64,000 bases of DNA from Phoronis australis (Eukaryota > Animalia > Phoronida), in contig NMRA01000047.1 in the NCBI GenBank assembly GCA_002633005.1, forward strand, positions 436,913 to 500,912. Reading direction: 5' to 3'. The position numbers and the translations under genes are program-made. Shown here piece by piece: positions 26,199-56,800 of the stretch (positions are counted from its first letter, which is position 1; each line of letters begins with the position of its first letter). The notes under the pieces are model-generated. The model made no database searches. It had not been told where the DNA came from and saw nothing but the letters and a program-made list of their open reading frames with translations.

Positions 26199-27079
26199 AG
26201 TTTTAACACGGCAAGGTATACTTTCCGTCTAGAAAGACGTTACTGCCTACGAATGTTTCAAGCTTGTCGACTTCAATGTCGTACACAAAACCAAGAAAAA
26301 ACCCGTTACGCTGACATATAGAAAATCAGTAAACCAACGAAAATAATTAAAGTCGTTAAAACATAATTAAACTGATATCGTGCAATAAAATTAATCCATT
26401 TTGAAAAGGATTTCAATCATTAAATTAATTATAGGCGACTTTTCAGTAATCCACGTAAATTTCACACTTTAGTCTAACGTGTTTCTGTTCAGGCGGCTCT
26501 ATGACGGAAAAATTATCCGTGACTCCCAGCACTTAGTTTTGCAAATATGTAGTAGACAAACATCAAAATATCAAAATTTAAATAAAATAACGATAAATTG
26601 AAAATAGTTCAACGCCCTTAAAGCCTCGCACAATCGTTTATAACGCCACTAAGGCCATTTTTGTTTCGAATATGGATTTTTGAAGTAATAAACTGTGGGA
26701 ACCAATACGCAGAGAACTGTGTTGCAGGCTTTTCAGTGATTTGCCCTCAATCTTAAAAGACGTCAAAAAGTCTTCATTTTTGACGGCCGATATCTCTGTT
26801 GTTCGTAAAATAAAATAAAATAAAAAAGTCTGAGCTGAACATCATTCGGCCATTGGCAATAAAATAACTATGCAAAGTTTCGTGCGAATCGACTCCCGCG
26901 ACATTCAAAATTGGTAAAAGTGTCGAAAATCAAAAGCCCCGAAAACGGACTGGTGAAAGTTATTGAACAACTCGCATACATGAAGCAGAAACGATGCGTT
27001 TAAACAACTGTTAGATTAGCAATGAAAAATACTAAAATTTTATACAAAATATGTGAATATTTATTTTTTCAAGTAAACT

Positions 27080-27320
27080 CAGAGGCGGATCTACAGGGGG
27101 GGTTCAGGGGGTTTAAACACCCCCCCCCCTCGGGACAGGATCAAAAATAAAAACTGGAAAAAAATCGCCAGAAAAACGAAATTAGCTACTAAAAATCCCA
27201 AAAAATCTTACACGGGAGGAGGGAAACCCTCTCGCGACCTTCCTTCTCCTCGGCGCTACGCGCCTCGGATTCTTTCGAATCCTAAACCCCCCCCTTACCG
27301 AAATCGTAGATCTGCCACTG
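27080..27320. mobile_element. hAT-like MITE with 5-bp TSD (internal-deletion derivative of the 33235-35076 element)
   Basis: TIRs cagaggcggatctac / gtagatctgccactg; TSD aaact at 27075-27079 and 27321-27325. Both halves align in reverse orientation to the two ends of 33235-35076. Confidence 0.8.
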
Positions 27321-28431
27321 AAACTATAAAAACGAATTACAGTATTCACGTGAACAGGATATCAAAAGGCTTCGTATCTTCGAACGGAAGTGGTGAATTC
27401 TATCCCATAATTCACCGTTCCAACCTCACCGACCATTCATTTTAGTCATACAGCAAGGGTACAATAGTAGGCCTAAGCTCCCTACATTAAAGTGATATCC
27501 GCGATATAAATTTTACTTCCCAGTCTGCCTCGGGTGTCACTAAATTAAGCTCTCGAGCATACTCACGAAACTCTCGACGTTCACTAGCAAGATTTTGCGT
27601 GATCTTTCTTTTCCACGAGGATTCCGCGTCTACGGAACGCACTCGTTTAACCAAGTCATGTGCAAAGCATTAAAGACGAGCCTTTGTGAGCTTTCTTTTC
27701 GTAGAATTGTGTATTGATTGTCCATCAAAGTCAAGAGAGTCCAGAATCCCATTTCCATGCACATAGGTGAGTCCTCGCCAGGACGGCTGCACTTTGTCAG
27801 GCTTGAAAATGAACATTCTCCTTTGCAGGTTGTCGTCATCATACCCAAACACTCGAAACTGCAAGTTTAACATTTTGTAACACTGATTTTAAGTTGGTCG
27901 AAATTATTTTTGCAATCCAAAGAGTTGTCACCAAGAACTAACAGCTTGAGATGCTCGCATTCATGAGAAAACGGGTCACGACCGTGAACAATGTCTTTCG
28001 TATTTCTGGTTCAACACTCAAGAAGGAAAACAACATTTTTGATCAATTAATAAACTTGGGTGGGTTTTGCCAGTTAGGAGATTCATGGCAAGATCCATAT
28101 CATCACAATTTTAGTTTCCAATTGCAAAATTCAGTCTGTTACGACAATTAAGCTGGTCTCTAAACCGAAAAACGTTCTTCTTCAAAAGAAAGCTTAACAC
28201 TGACACCAATTTGGTTTTCGTTCACTGTTAGTTCCAACGAAAGTGTAGCTCTTTCCCGCAAAGTATTCAAACCAATCTAAACACACGTAGTTGTTTGGAA
28301 GTGTCAGTGGTAAAAAGTATTGTCGCCTGCTCAAGCTTTCATCAGGAGAGTCCGACATAGGAAAACTATTCATAGTCAACGGGTCTGTAAGAAAAATGGT
28401 ATTTTAGAAACCTTCAACAATACAAAATCCC

Positions 28432-28493
28432 CACACACACACACACGCACACCCATCACGCACACACGCACACGCACGCACACACACACGCAC
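28432..28493. repeat. (CA)n/(CACG)n microsatellite
   Basis: Directly visible. Confidence 0.85.
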
Positions 28494-28497
28494 ATAT

Positions 28498-28571
28498 CAG
28501 TGGCGGATTTAGAGGGGGGCCAAGGGGGCCATGGCCCCCCNCCCCCCAACTCAAAATCCCGTCCGCTCCTG
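28498..28571. mobile_element. 74-bp mini-MITE of the cagtggcggat family with 5-bp TSD
   Basis: Starts cagtggcggattt and ends gtccgctcctg; TSD catat at 28493-28497 and 28572-28576. Confidence 0.7.
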
Positions 28572-29256
28572 CATATGGAGAGTTGAACCATCGAAAGTTG
28601 TGCGGGATCTTGTGACCGCAATGCAGGACCATGTTTTGTGCGTGCGCACCCCTAATTGTTTCAGTTATGGTTTGCCCAATGGTAAATCTGGCACAGATCA
28701 TGTAAGTTCGTATCATGACACTTTTAATTCCGCCAGCAAATTGCATCGACTAAGCACGTAGTAGTGGAAGTTTTGGGGGGTCCCGGGCTATAGTGCCAAG
28801 TGAGCTCTGTGTACATGTACCTCGGCTGGAGAGGCATGCAGCCAATACACCTCAACTGATACGCTGAGTACGGAAACAGTTAAGAAGTTTTTATTCCAAG
28901 GCACTGTTTCAGAAATTGAATTGATACAATATCTTCTAAGCTTATATGACTGGCCGGGGAATTCCCCCACAATCGTGGTGTCTCTCGCAATTTCGGTAAC
29001 CGTGCTGGCGCGTGAAGACATCTGATAAAATCACCCACATATGCAAATGTTAGCTAAAGTCTCTTTAGAATCGGTGTGTCGTCTACATAACGCATATACA
29101 CTGTCTATAGAACGTCCAATTCTTCTGTGATTAGTAATGACTCATCAGTCTGACCCGGCAGTGCGATAAGAGCACTGTGTAAAGAGCGGAGCGAACTCCG
29201 GTTACACTTGCTGCAGACGTGAACAACGAACACCGGGGAGGAGAAGAGCGAAAACT

Positions 29257-46506
<17,250 letters not shown>

Positions 46507-47401
46507 AACGCACAGTCATGCTGTAGTGTCATTTTATTTGTACATCGCTAGATGAACCATCCATGGAGACTGAACCAGCGAGCAGCGCACATGCGCAGCC
46601 TGAGGATAGCGGGACGACGACCGAGCCCAGTAACGTGGATGGCAGCTCAAAGTCTCACGAAGAACTCTAGCGGCGTCGTTTGTTAATTTAGTGTGTTCCG
46701 TTGCAGAAGAATTTTTGTCATAAACCTTTCCTTTTTTGTACGCTTTGCTGAACCAACATGTTCGAATGCACACTCGTTTTCAAACCGTTTTACGTGTGAA
46801 ATGTGTCCGAACAAGAACGCTGTTACGATATTTTTCTGCTTTTCAAAGATGAAAGATTCAAGTATTGTTTTAAACTCGCACACAATTTACTTTCGCATGG
46901 AACTGGTTTAATGTTTTTAATACACAGGACTAATAATGGAGTGCAGGCTGTTTTCTAATTTGTTTTTATCCACCTGTTTTCACTTTAAGTGCCACACTGA
47001 TAGTTCAGAATCGAAAGCTTTCAATTTTGCGATCTCAAAAATAAATTCTGAGGGCGGATTCTCCTGTCGGTAACGCTGCGCTGGCCAGATAAGATATAAA
47101 ACTGGCTATTTGGCAGCAAGCATGCGCAAACTTGACCTAACTGAACAGAGAAAGTGTCAGTGAAATCAGTGTATATTAGTAGACCAGGATCCCAAAGCTT
47201 TTTTGGGCATGAAAAGGTAACCAATTTTCTTTGGTGCCACAGTGCTCAGTGGGAATGTTCATGCTTGGAAATGGCCGTCTGGCAGGTTCGCTCTGGTGGG
47301 TGTGGTCGGGGGAGCCAAGAAAATGACACTAAAAAATTGAGCTGCATCAACTTTTCTGGTAACCACGTAAACCTGCCTTCGATACCTACGATGTAAACTA
47401 C

Positions 47402-48172
47402 CAGTGGCGGATCTAGGATATCACAAGGGGGGGCCCAACATTTTGTCCGGCTGTAAGCATTTGCGCAAACTGAACCAAGATTGTAGATAAGCATAGCACC
47501 GTATGGGGGGAGGTCGGGAGGGGGGTTTGCCCCCCTCCCGCTCGGGAAATTTTTCGGTTTTACCTCTAAAAATCAAGCATTTTCCTTGATTCCTGAAGTA
47601 TTATCCAAGAAAAAAAGGAAAAAAAAAAAACAAACAAAACACGGAGAACGTGTCAAACAGGAAAACTGATCGTACCAAAGACTCGAACTCACCACCTGGC
47701 GGCTAGAGAGCGCGTGCGTTACCACTACACCACCACGATGTAACTGCAAACCTCATACTAAAAGACCTACTTGTTTATGGTCCACAGCGTTTGCGCGCGA
47801 AACCTACTTCTTTTCGTAATGCTTATTACACGTTTTATATTTTGTGCCATCAATTGTTAACAAATTTGTCGTATTTAAAATAGTCTTCAAATGCCCAAAA
47901 GACAAATCCGTTTTTCGTGTTAGTTGGCAATAATGACGGGATTGCTTTGGAAATCGTCTTTAGATAAGGTTTGACAAAGAGAGTATTGCGAGTTTCTGAG
48001 TGATTCACTTAGGCTTCGATTAAAATTCACATCTTACCAGCAGCTTCTGTTTTTTCATCGTCACTCAGGTTCCATTCTCTTTAAAAAATGAAGTAAATTT
48101 TCTTCATTGCACAGTGGAGCAGACGACGAAAACGGAGTCGTAGTGCGCNGGGCCCCCTGCCCCCCCTCACTG
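47402..48172. mobile_element. Degenerate member of the cagtggcggatct MITE family (right end uncertain)
   Basis: Left end cagtggcggatctagg, and the same gggggaggtcgggagggg...cccctcccg subterminal block as the 33235 element. A C-run ending in cactg at 48168-48172 is the possible right end. Confidence 0.5.
47668..47739 (-). pseudogene. Degenerate tRNA-like sequence (tRNA pseudogene or SINE head)
   Basis: Minus strand reads atcgtggtggtgtagtggtaacgcacgcgctctctagccgccaggtggtgagttcgagtctttggtacgat. It has an A box (tggtgtagtgg), a B box (gagttcgagtc) and paired acceptor and D stems, but the anticodon and T stems pair poorly. Confidence 0.5.
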
Positions 48173-50897
48173 CCAGACAATTTCAGTTGCGGGGAGTATC
48201 AACCAGACGGTCATACTAACAGGGACAAAATTGAGCAAGATCAATCCAAGAGGTAACCGCATATGAAACCAGTTGCACGATTAACCACTGCCAGATAAAT
48301 CTAGTGGTGGGTTAGCCAGCCGGCCGCCAGGCACGCCCAAATATCCGAGTTGAGCTAGATCAAACCCACCGTTTGAAACCAATTGCGCGATGTTCACCAT
48401 CACTGCACATGGCACAACAGCAAGATGCCAAACAATTTCAGCGGTGGGGTGCCTGTAGTCCGCGCGATATGGTGCAAACTGTTTGAGAACAACTCGAAGT
48501 AAGCAGACAGGAGTCCAAGTCGATCCACAGCGCAATGGAACTCGAACACCTTCTTTCTGACGCCAGGTAGCACTACTTCACTATTCCGCTGTGCGTGAAC
48601 TCAGGATCATGCTTAATGTCAAGATGACGTATGCGTGAACTTGGAATCGAGTTGTCAAGTAGGCACATTTTCTCCTTTACCGTGACTAGTGTCAAAGAAT
48701 CGGAGGAATATGTGAATGGCTAAATCAATTATTGTTCAGTGAATAAGATCGCCATTGATACCAGGGAGTCATTTGAACATACATTGGTCCTAGCCAATAT
48801 ATACAGAAAACAATGGTTAAAATTAACGATATATTTATTAGCATTTAATTTAATTTAGTGCAGTGGGAATTTTTATAAACGTGAACGTGACTGTTTGAGT
48901 GAACTTGTTAATTTTCCTCTTACGTGTATTCTAATTTCACGCATACGCGATCTTGAAATTAAGCAAGACTCCAAGTTCACGCACAACAGTGCCTCCGGGA
49001 TACCCGATAGCTCTCCTCTCATACCCGTGGTTATCATTCTTGGTAACAAAAAAAAAAGAATAACAGTGTGTGAAGTGTCACAGTGTTCTCGCCAGGCAAG
49101 TATAATTAAATACATAAATGGGCATTATTTGAACTCTGCTTTGTTTTGTTTTAATTGAAACTAGTGAAATTATACGCCAAGAGACCAAGAGAATTTAGCG
49201 AAGCCAGAGCCAAGCCCAATGAAGGCCAATGAAATAGTTATCTAGGCCTCTAGGGATATAGTATATGTGTATCTTTGCCAGGGCAGAGGGCTAGAGGGTA
49301 AAGTGACGTTGTTATAAGCGCGTAGAGCGGTCTAAGACTGGCAGCCAGGGGTCAGTTAAGCTCACAAGGGGGGGGGGGGGGGGNGGGTGATAGCTTGGAC
49401 CTTTGTAAATATCTGCTTCACAAGTGAGTTTTAGTTCAGTTGATTTTGTTACTTACTTGTAACCCTGTTGTGGGTTTCGGTGAACAGCTGAGAATGTCGA
49501 AACATTGGACGAATGTACTAATTGAACAACATTTGAGCTGTGGTTTCTATTGCTTATTTGGCCCAAAACTAACATCGCCTGTAGTTCACAACTACAGTGT
49601 AGATAAAAATTTTCACAAACATGCTTGACTTTTGTAAACCGTCTGACCAAAGCCACGCAGGATGGCTTGCGAAGCACTTTTGATAAGACAGTGTGTCTGC
49701 AAGTGCAGGGATTGCTGGTAACAGTAATACCTATAGCGTTGAGTCACATTTGTTACTAACATTAAAAAAAACACCTAATATTACTATATTTTTCTTTTAT
49801 TGTCATGGAAGGTTAAAAGCATGACCTGCAAATGGGTTAAGTAGGTCAATTTTGTTTTGATATTCTTGAGCAGATGTGGAAGGCATGATTTGTGTTATTG
49901 ATTTCATAACTAAAACAGAGAAAATGAAGATCATTTCTGATAACTGATCATTTTGATATATTTTACAAATGAATGACTTCTGCTGAGAACTGTATTGTAT
50001 GTGTGGTATGTGGGCCATGGTAGGTATGCAAGGTATGGTGGGGCATGTGGGTTATGGCGGGTATGCGTGGCATGCTGGCATGGTGGGGTATGCATGTAGG
50101 GCATGGATAATATGAGGGGCATGGTAGGGTATGTGGGGTGTGTTAGAGGTTAGGGGGCTGTAAGGGGTATTGCAATCAAAAGGTTGACATTAAACAGTGA
50201 GCTATGTGAATATTGTGTTACAGTATCCTTGATTTGAATTCATGTTGCACGGCACATAGCTATAATAGTTGTTTTATTAGTTCCATCCATAAGTGACTAG
50301 TCTTTTCTGTTTGTAGCGCCACCTAGCAATCTTGTTCACAACTGTTGCTGTCGTCTTGGGCTCCATTATCACTTTCATTTGAATGTCAAGTAAGAAATCT
50401 TTTTGTTTTTCTCTGCATGTTTTTGTTGTGAGTTGAGGGAACTCATCTGATTTTTTTTAATAATTATTGTAATGTGTTGGCATGAACAAATTATATAGTT
50501 CCAGTAGTCCTTCTCTGTCATAGGCAATTTTGAGCTGTTGAACTTGTGGTTGAATTAAAAAAGTAAAAGATATAAAAGATTCTCACTTTTAAATTTCAAT
50601 TGCTTGTAAATAGTTGATCACATTTGCTTTCGGTCAAAATATGAGCACAAACTTTAAAATTAGCTCGTATGTAAACAACGACTTATTTATAGTGAATAAA
50701 CCAAAACGTCGATCAATATGTCATGTTTGCATACGCGCTAATTTTAAAGTTTGTAAATAGTTAATACTTTTAATTTGACAGTGAATAATTAGCTGCACAA
50801 GCCCCTTTATTGCACTGATTATGTACTTGGCTTTCTAGACCAGACAACCCAAGGGAGTTATGGTGGTCCTCCCAGCCACCAGGGGGCAGTGCAAACC

Positions 50898-53800
50898 ATG
50901 CCAGCTGCGGTGGGTGAGGAGGAAGCAGACAGTAAGTATAACGAATCTGATTGTTTGAACTACGTTTCGTTTAAGACATTTAGTAATTGGCTTTTGACTA
51001 CTTTTCTTGATGTTATCTTAAAAAATTCAAATTCTGGCATACCCGGCCAACCATTATCTTACTAGTATGTACGATATGACTTAGGTATCTTTGCACTAGT
51101 TAAAGCATTGTTTTTGTTTTTTCAGGATTTGTTCCCGGGCAGGGCGGCAAAGTCAACTGGGACGACATTCCCAATGATGACCCAGAAAACCCGCCCCCCA
51201 TTGATCAGGATGCCTACAAACAGTTTGAGGGATATGAACAAGTGGGTGATTATGATCAAGGTGTGTGAAGACATGGTTTGTTGATATGAACAAGTGGGTA
51301 ATTATGATCAAGGTGTGTAAAGACATGGTTTGTTGATATGAACAAGTGGGTGATTATGATCAAGGTGTGTGAAGACATGGTTTGTTGATATGAACAAGTG
51401 GGTGATTATGATCAAGGTGTGTAAAGATATGGTTTGTTGGTTAATGATTGGTGCTGTTGGTGCAGCTTGGACACTCATTTTCTTTTTAGGACTCTAGCAT
51501 TTCTTCTTGATTTATGTTTTATTTCTTTCCTGGCCATGTCATAATTAAAAATATCATTGCCTATACTTGAAGTTATGAAAAAATAATTACAGGCAGTCTG
51601 GTACATGTAGTCTGGTACACGTTGTACCAAACATGAGTAGGCCGCTCTTGTGGGCCCATTGCACTGATCACATTGTACCAGATGTGCGCAGGCCTCGCAT
51701 ATGGGCCCAATGCACTGATGACGTTGTACCAGACGTGCGCAGGCCTCGCATGTGGGCCCATTGCACTGATCACTTGGAACTATTTTTATACTTTACCGGA
51801 ATATAGTTAAAACCAAGTCTCAGTTCCCCGAACCAGTTTTATCAACATACATCAAAATGTAGGATGTCTGACTATTGGACATTGTGCGTGTCACTCTGCG
51901 ATTAAAATGACACGTGCCATATTCAAAATGACTATTGAAAAGACGCACAATCTAATGATCTAATCTTTTGATACTTTCATCTTTTGGCTTTGGCTTTTGT
52001 AGCAAAGAATAATTTGTCATCACAAGTGCTCACCTGCAATTTCCTAGATTTTTTGATAAATTGTTGTATTTTAGTGAGATGTTTACAACTTCACCTGAGT
52101 AACATTTTGTAAAAAGTGCATTTTACTAAGTAATTTTAATTACTTAGTAAAATGTTGCAATGTTAAGCATTTAAAAATGCTTAACATTGCAACGTAGTGA
52201 AAACAATTCTATTTCATTTTGTTTGCACAAAAACTTCTTATTAAAAAGCAGATGGTAGAAGAATTGGACAGGTGCAAAAATGTATTTGTCAGTAGGTGGC
52301 AGTGTTGCATTTCATGGCATCACACGCTTAATACTTATGGTATGTTCACAAATTTAGCTGCAGAACAAAATAATGGAATTTTGTAGCTCTGGTAGCCATA
52401 CTTTCTATTATTTTTTTAATCACGATAATTTACTCAAGGTGAAGGTATTTCTTAATGAAATCAATTTTGCGTCGGATTTTATTTTGGTCACACTTTACCA
52501 ATTATATTCCTAAAACTTTGTACCAAGATTACGTTCTAGCCAACACACTACAATAACAGGTTTCACCCCTTGTTTGTACTCTTCCAGAGGCTGCTCTTGG
52601 GCCACCCCCACCCTCACTGGTGTACAGTCTTCCCCCGGAGGCTCCTCACATGGAGTTTAAAAAGTAAGGCTACAATTTGCGTGTGCTTGTCACCCTCATT
52701 TGCAGCTGTTGATTGTTGCTGTGTTGTGGCTTTTAGTTCACTATTAGTCAGTATCATTGGCTGTGCACTTGATTCACCCGTCTAATTCAGCTAAGTCAAG
52801 TGGCTAAGACATCTGACCGGTCCTTGATGGAGCTCCCGTGGTATCTTGTCAGAAAATGACTGACTAAAGTTGTGGAGTTGTAGTACAGTGGTGCATTTAG
52901 TCAATTTTAAATTTGAGATGTGTTGCTAGCTAATTACATTCGATCTAATGTTACTAACATTTATTCACTTCAGCACCGCGGAACTTTCAGTTGAGGAATC
53001 ACGCACTGCCATGTTAGAGTATGTAGCTCAGCAGTGTTGCTATGGGAAAGGTTGTGCAGAGCAAATGGACATCAAAAACATAGCGCCATCTATTGCTTTG
53101 CATGTAAGTGAAAATGAGGCTAGTGTAATTGCTTTGCTTATGTGTTGCTTCAAGTTGGTCTGCTTATCGAAAAATTAGATTTGTTTAGAACTTAGCATTG
53201 TTTAGAAATATGCCTCTTAGAATTAGGAGATTTGTTAGGAGACTTTGTTTTTGTTTAGTGACGTGGTCCTTTATAGTGTTACAACTTATTATTATTATTA
53301 TTGTTATTGTTATTATTATTATTATTATTGTTATCGTTATTATTATTATACCAAGACTAATAAGTTGGCAAATTAAAGTGGGAAGTGATCTTGTTTTTTT
53401 GTGTGAAATAAAACAAATTCTCAAATTTGACTTTCAATATTGGTCATATCATTGAGAAAAGAAACCACATACAGATATGATTTTGTCTGATCAAAATGTG
53501 TTGTATTTCATTATAGTCAAGTGTGCAGAGGGTGGTATCAGTAGACTGAGTCTGTGATTTGTTATGGCATAGTGACGACTAGAGTTAACTTATGATGAAA
53601 TATTGCTTGTTTGGGGGTTATTGTCAAAATGACATGACAGGTTTTGCTGATGTACCTTGATGAAGAGATGTGGGAGACACTGTACAGTCAGTCTCACTGG
53701 GTTTTGTCTGTCTGCATATGCTCACATCCTGTGACTTCTCACTTTTCTTCCACTCCGCCGAAAAGCCTATTAATGAGATGACATGTTAAAGCAATTCACC

Positions 53801-56800
53801 TCAAAATGGCAACATGTTACCTTTGATACTTTTATTTTGTCTGATATTTTTGTTCCTTTAATTTCCACCAAAAAGAAGTCCAGGGTCCAAAAAATGACAA
53901 GAAACTGACAATTTTCAGCCCACTTCCCTGTCAACACTCATTCTGCATGAAAGCAAATTTACAACAGATTCCACAAATGTCCAAAAGTGTTTTCATCCAA
54001 TCAGAGGATTTCAACTGTGGCTTGTTTGAAGGCTTCATGAGATCACTGCAGATTTCTTTGTCCTTGAGCGGTGTGTCAATGCTACAGATGCCCGTCATTT
54101 TGACGAAAAGTATATGTACAGTGCAGAACTAGTGGACTTTCCTCATTCACAATATACCACAAATACAATCTGCCTATCTCAAAACTGCCCTCAAACCTGG
54201 CTTACCTCTGACAATGAATGTACAGGGAGTGCCAAGTGGCCACAGCTACTGTGTAAGCATATAGTGCAACCATACAAGCTGGGATGTGCCGTGAACAGTC
54301 TATTTATAAGTTTGACCAAATTATTCCAATTGCATTAACTACATGATACCAATGAACAACATTAGACGCAAACGTGTGTGAGGCAGTCATGAGCATATTC
54401 AGCTCTTGAAAGATTGTCTCTTGAAAGATTGTAGCGATTTTGTGTCACTGCAAGTTGACGTGTCCAATTTTACACATTCTACCATCAGGTTCTGAGGTTA
54501 ATTGATTTTAAAAGATTGGTCATAATTTGTAAATTTGGTTCGTTTTGAAGTTGGTCACTTTGAGTTAGTTGGCCCAATTTGAGTTAGTTGGCCCAATTTG
54601 AGTTAGTTGGCCCAATTTGAGTTAGTTGGCCCAATTTGAGTTAGTTGGCCTAATTCAAAGATGAGTTAGTTGGCTGAGTTTGAGTTAGTTGGCCCAATTC
54701 AAAGTTGAGTTAGTTGGCCCAATTTGAGTTAGTTGGCCCAATTTTCATTATTTAAACTCTAATGTGATCCATCTTGTCTTTAGTCCAAAAAAGTGCTACA
54801 TTTATCATGGTATGTTGCAGTATAAGTTGGAGTCCTACTGTGAGGGCCGATCCACATGTCGGAAATTCAAACCATATAAGGGCGGTTATGTGGATGGCCC
54901 AGAGAACGGTGTACCACCCCACCCCTGGATGATTGAGTGCCTTCCTGATAAATTGTTTGACAAGCAGAAAAAGGAACTTGAGGTTCCTCACACCTCTGAA
55001 GTCAGGGTAAGTTGACTGGACAGGAATAAGACCACAGATTGTTCATTGGTCGGCTGTCGTATTTCTGTCCACCAATATCTCACTACTGCGCTGTATTCTA
55101 TTTACTGAAATGACCTGTAGGTGTCAGTTGATGTTCTTTTTGTATTGAGTACTGAGAAGATTTTGTCAAATTCTTTGTATGTATCCCACTTACTCTCATT
55201 CAGGCTTGTTTGAGTTGAAAGCATTGTCACTGCATGACTCGTGTGTGGCAACAAGCACCATAACTCACACACATCAAATCATGGTCATGAAGTGACTGGG
55301 GCTAGGAACAATGTGAACTTCCCAGGCATGTTTATGTCTGCTGTCCTGATCTTAAGACTTGTGCCAGGGTAGTATCACTGAAGCTTGTCAAGGTGAACAT
55401 ATAACTCTAGCTCTCATTTATCTGGATCTCTCATCCACAGTATAAGCCAGAAGGAAACCGACAAAATATCATTCCCTCATAATCTTTGGTTGAACACTTT
55501 TTGCTATAACACTATGAAGGAAAGAAATAATGTGTAACAACAAAACATGTGTTTCAATGAATATTGAAAATGTGTAACAACAAAACATGTGTTTCAATGA
55601 ATATTGAAAATGTGTAACAACAAAACATGTGTTTCAATGAATATTGAAAATGTGTAACAACAAAACATGTGTCTCAATGAATATTGAAAATGTGTAACAA
55701 CAAAACATGTGTTTCAATGAATATTGAAAATGTGTAACAACAAAACTTGTGTTTCAATGAATATTGAAAATGTGTAACATCAAAACATGTGTTTCAATGA
55801 ATATTGAAAATGTGTAACAACAAAACATGTGTTTCAATGAATATTGAAAATGTGTAACANNNNNNNNNNNNNNNNNNNNNNNNNNNNNNNNNNNNNNNNN
55901 NNNNNNNNNNNNNNNNNNNNNNNNNNNNNNNNNNNNNNNNNNNNNNNNNNNNNNNNNNNNNNNNNNNNNNNNNNNNNNNNNNNNNNNNNNNNNNNNNNNN
56001 NNNNNNNNNNNNNNNNNNNNNNNNNNNNNNNNNNNNNNNNNNNNNNNNNNNNNNNNNNNNNNNNNNNNNNNNNNNNNNNNNNNNNNNNNNNNNNNNNNNN
56101 NNNNNNNNNNNNNNNNNNNNNNNNNNNNNNNNNNNNNNNNNNNNNNNNNNNNNNNNNNNNNNNNNNNNNNNNNNNNNNNNNNNNNNNNNNNNNNNNNNNN
56201 NNNNNNNNNNNNNNNNNNNNNNNNNNNNNNNNNNNNNNNNNNNNNNNNNNNNNNNNNNNNNNNNNNNNNNNNNNNNNNNNNNNNNNNNNNNNNNNNNNNN
56301 NNNNNNNNNNNNNNNNNNNNNNNNNNNNNNNNNNNNNNNNNNNNNNNNNNNNNNNNNNNNNNNNNNNNNNNNNNNNNNNNNNNNNNNNNNNNNNNNNNNN
56401 NNNNNNNNNNNNNNNNNNNNNNNNNNNNNNNNNNNNNNNNNNNNNNNNNNNNNNNNNNNNNNNNNNNNNNNNNNNNNNNNNNNNNNNNNNNNNNNNNNNN
56501 NNNNNNNNNNNNNNNNNNNNNNNNNNNNNNNNNNNNNNNNNNNNNNNNNNNNNNNNNNNNNNNNNNNNNNNNNNNNNNNNNNNNNNNNNNNNCATCATCA
56601 TAACCCTGTTGTCATTACATCATCATAACCCTGTTGTCATTACATCATCGTAACCCTGGTGTCATTTCATCATAACCCTGGTGTTATTACATCATCATAA
56701 CCCTGGTGTCATTACATCATCATAACCCTGGTGTTATTACATCATCATAACCCTGGTGTCATTACATCATCATAACCCTGGTGTCATTACATCATCATAA

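Noticed and set aside
29041-29171. Octamer (ATGCAAAT), CCAAT, AP-1 (ATGACTCAT) and GATA motifs upstream of the esterase ATG
   Set aside because: A plausible promoter, but such short motifs occur by chance and the transcription start site is unknown.
48535-48566. Candidate first coding exon of SSUH2 (MELEHLLSDA, ag|gtag)
   Set aside because: It ends in phase 2 while exon 50839 needs phase 1, and joining them leads to a stop. The SSUH2 start remains unresolved.
49990-50160. G/T-rich degenerate repeat (ggtatg/ggcatg) with G-quadruplex potential
   Set aside because: Low-complexity sequence with nothing to indicate function; its ORFs are compositional artefacts.
55834-56653. 255-aa and 269-aa ORFs
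   Set aside because: Artefacts of the N gap.
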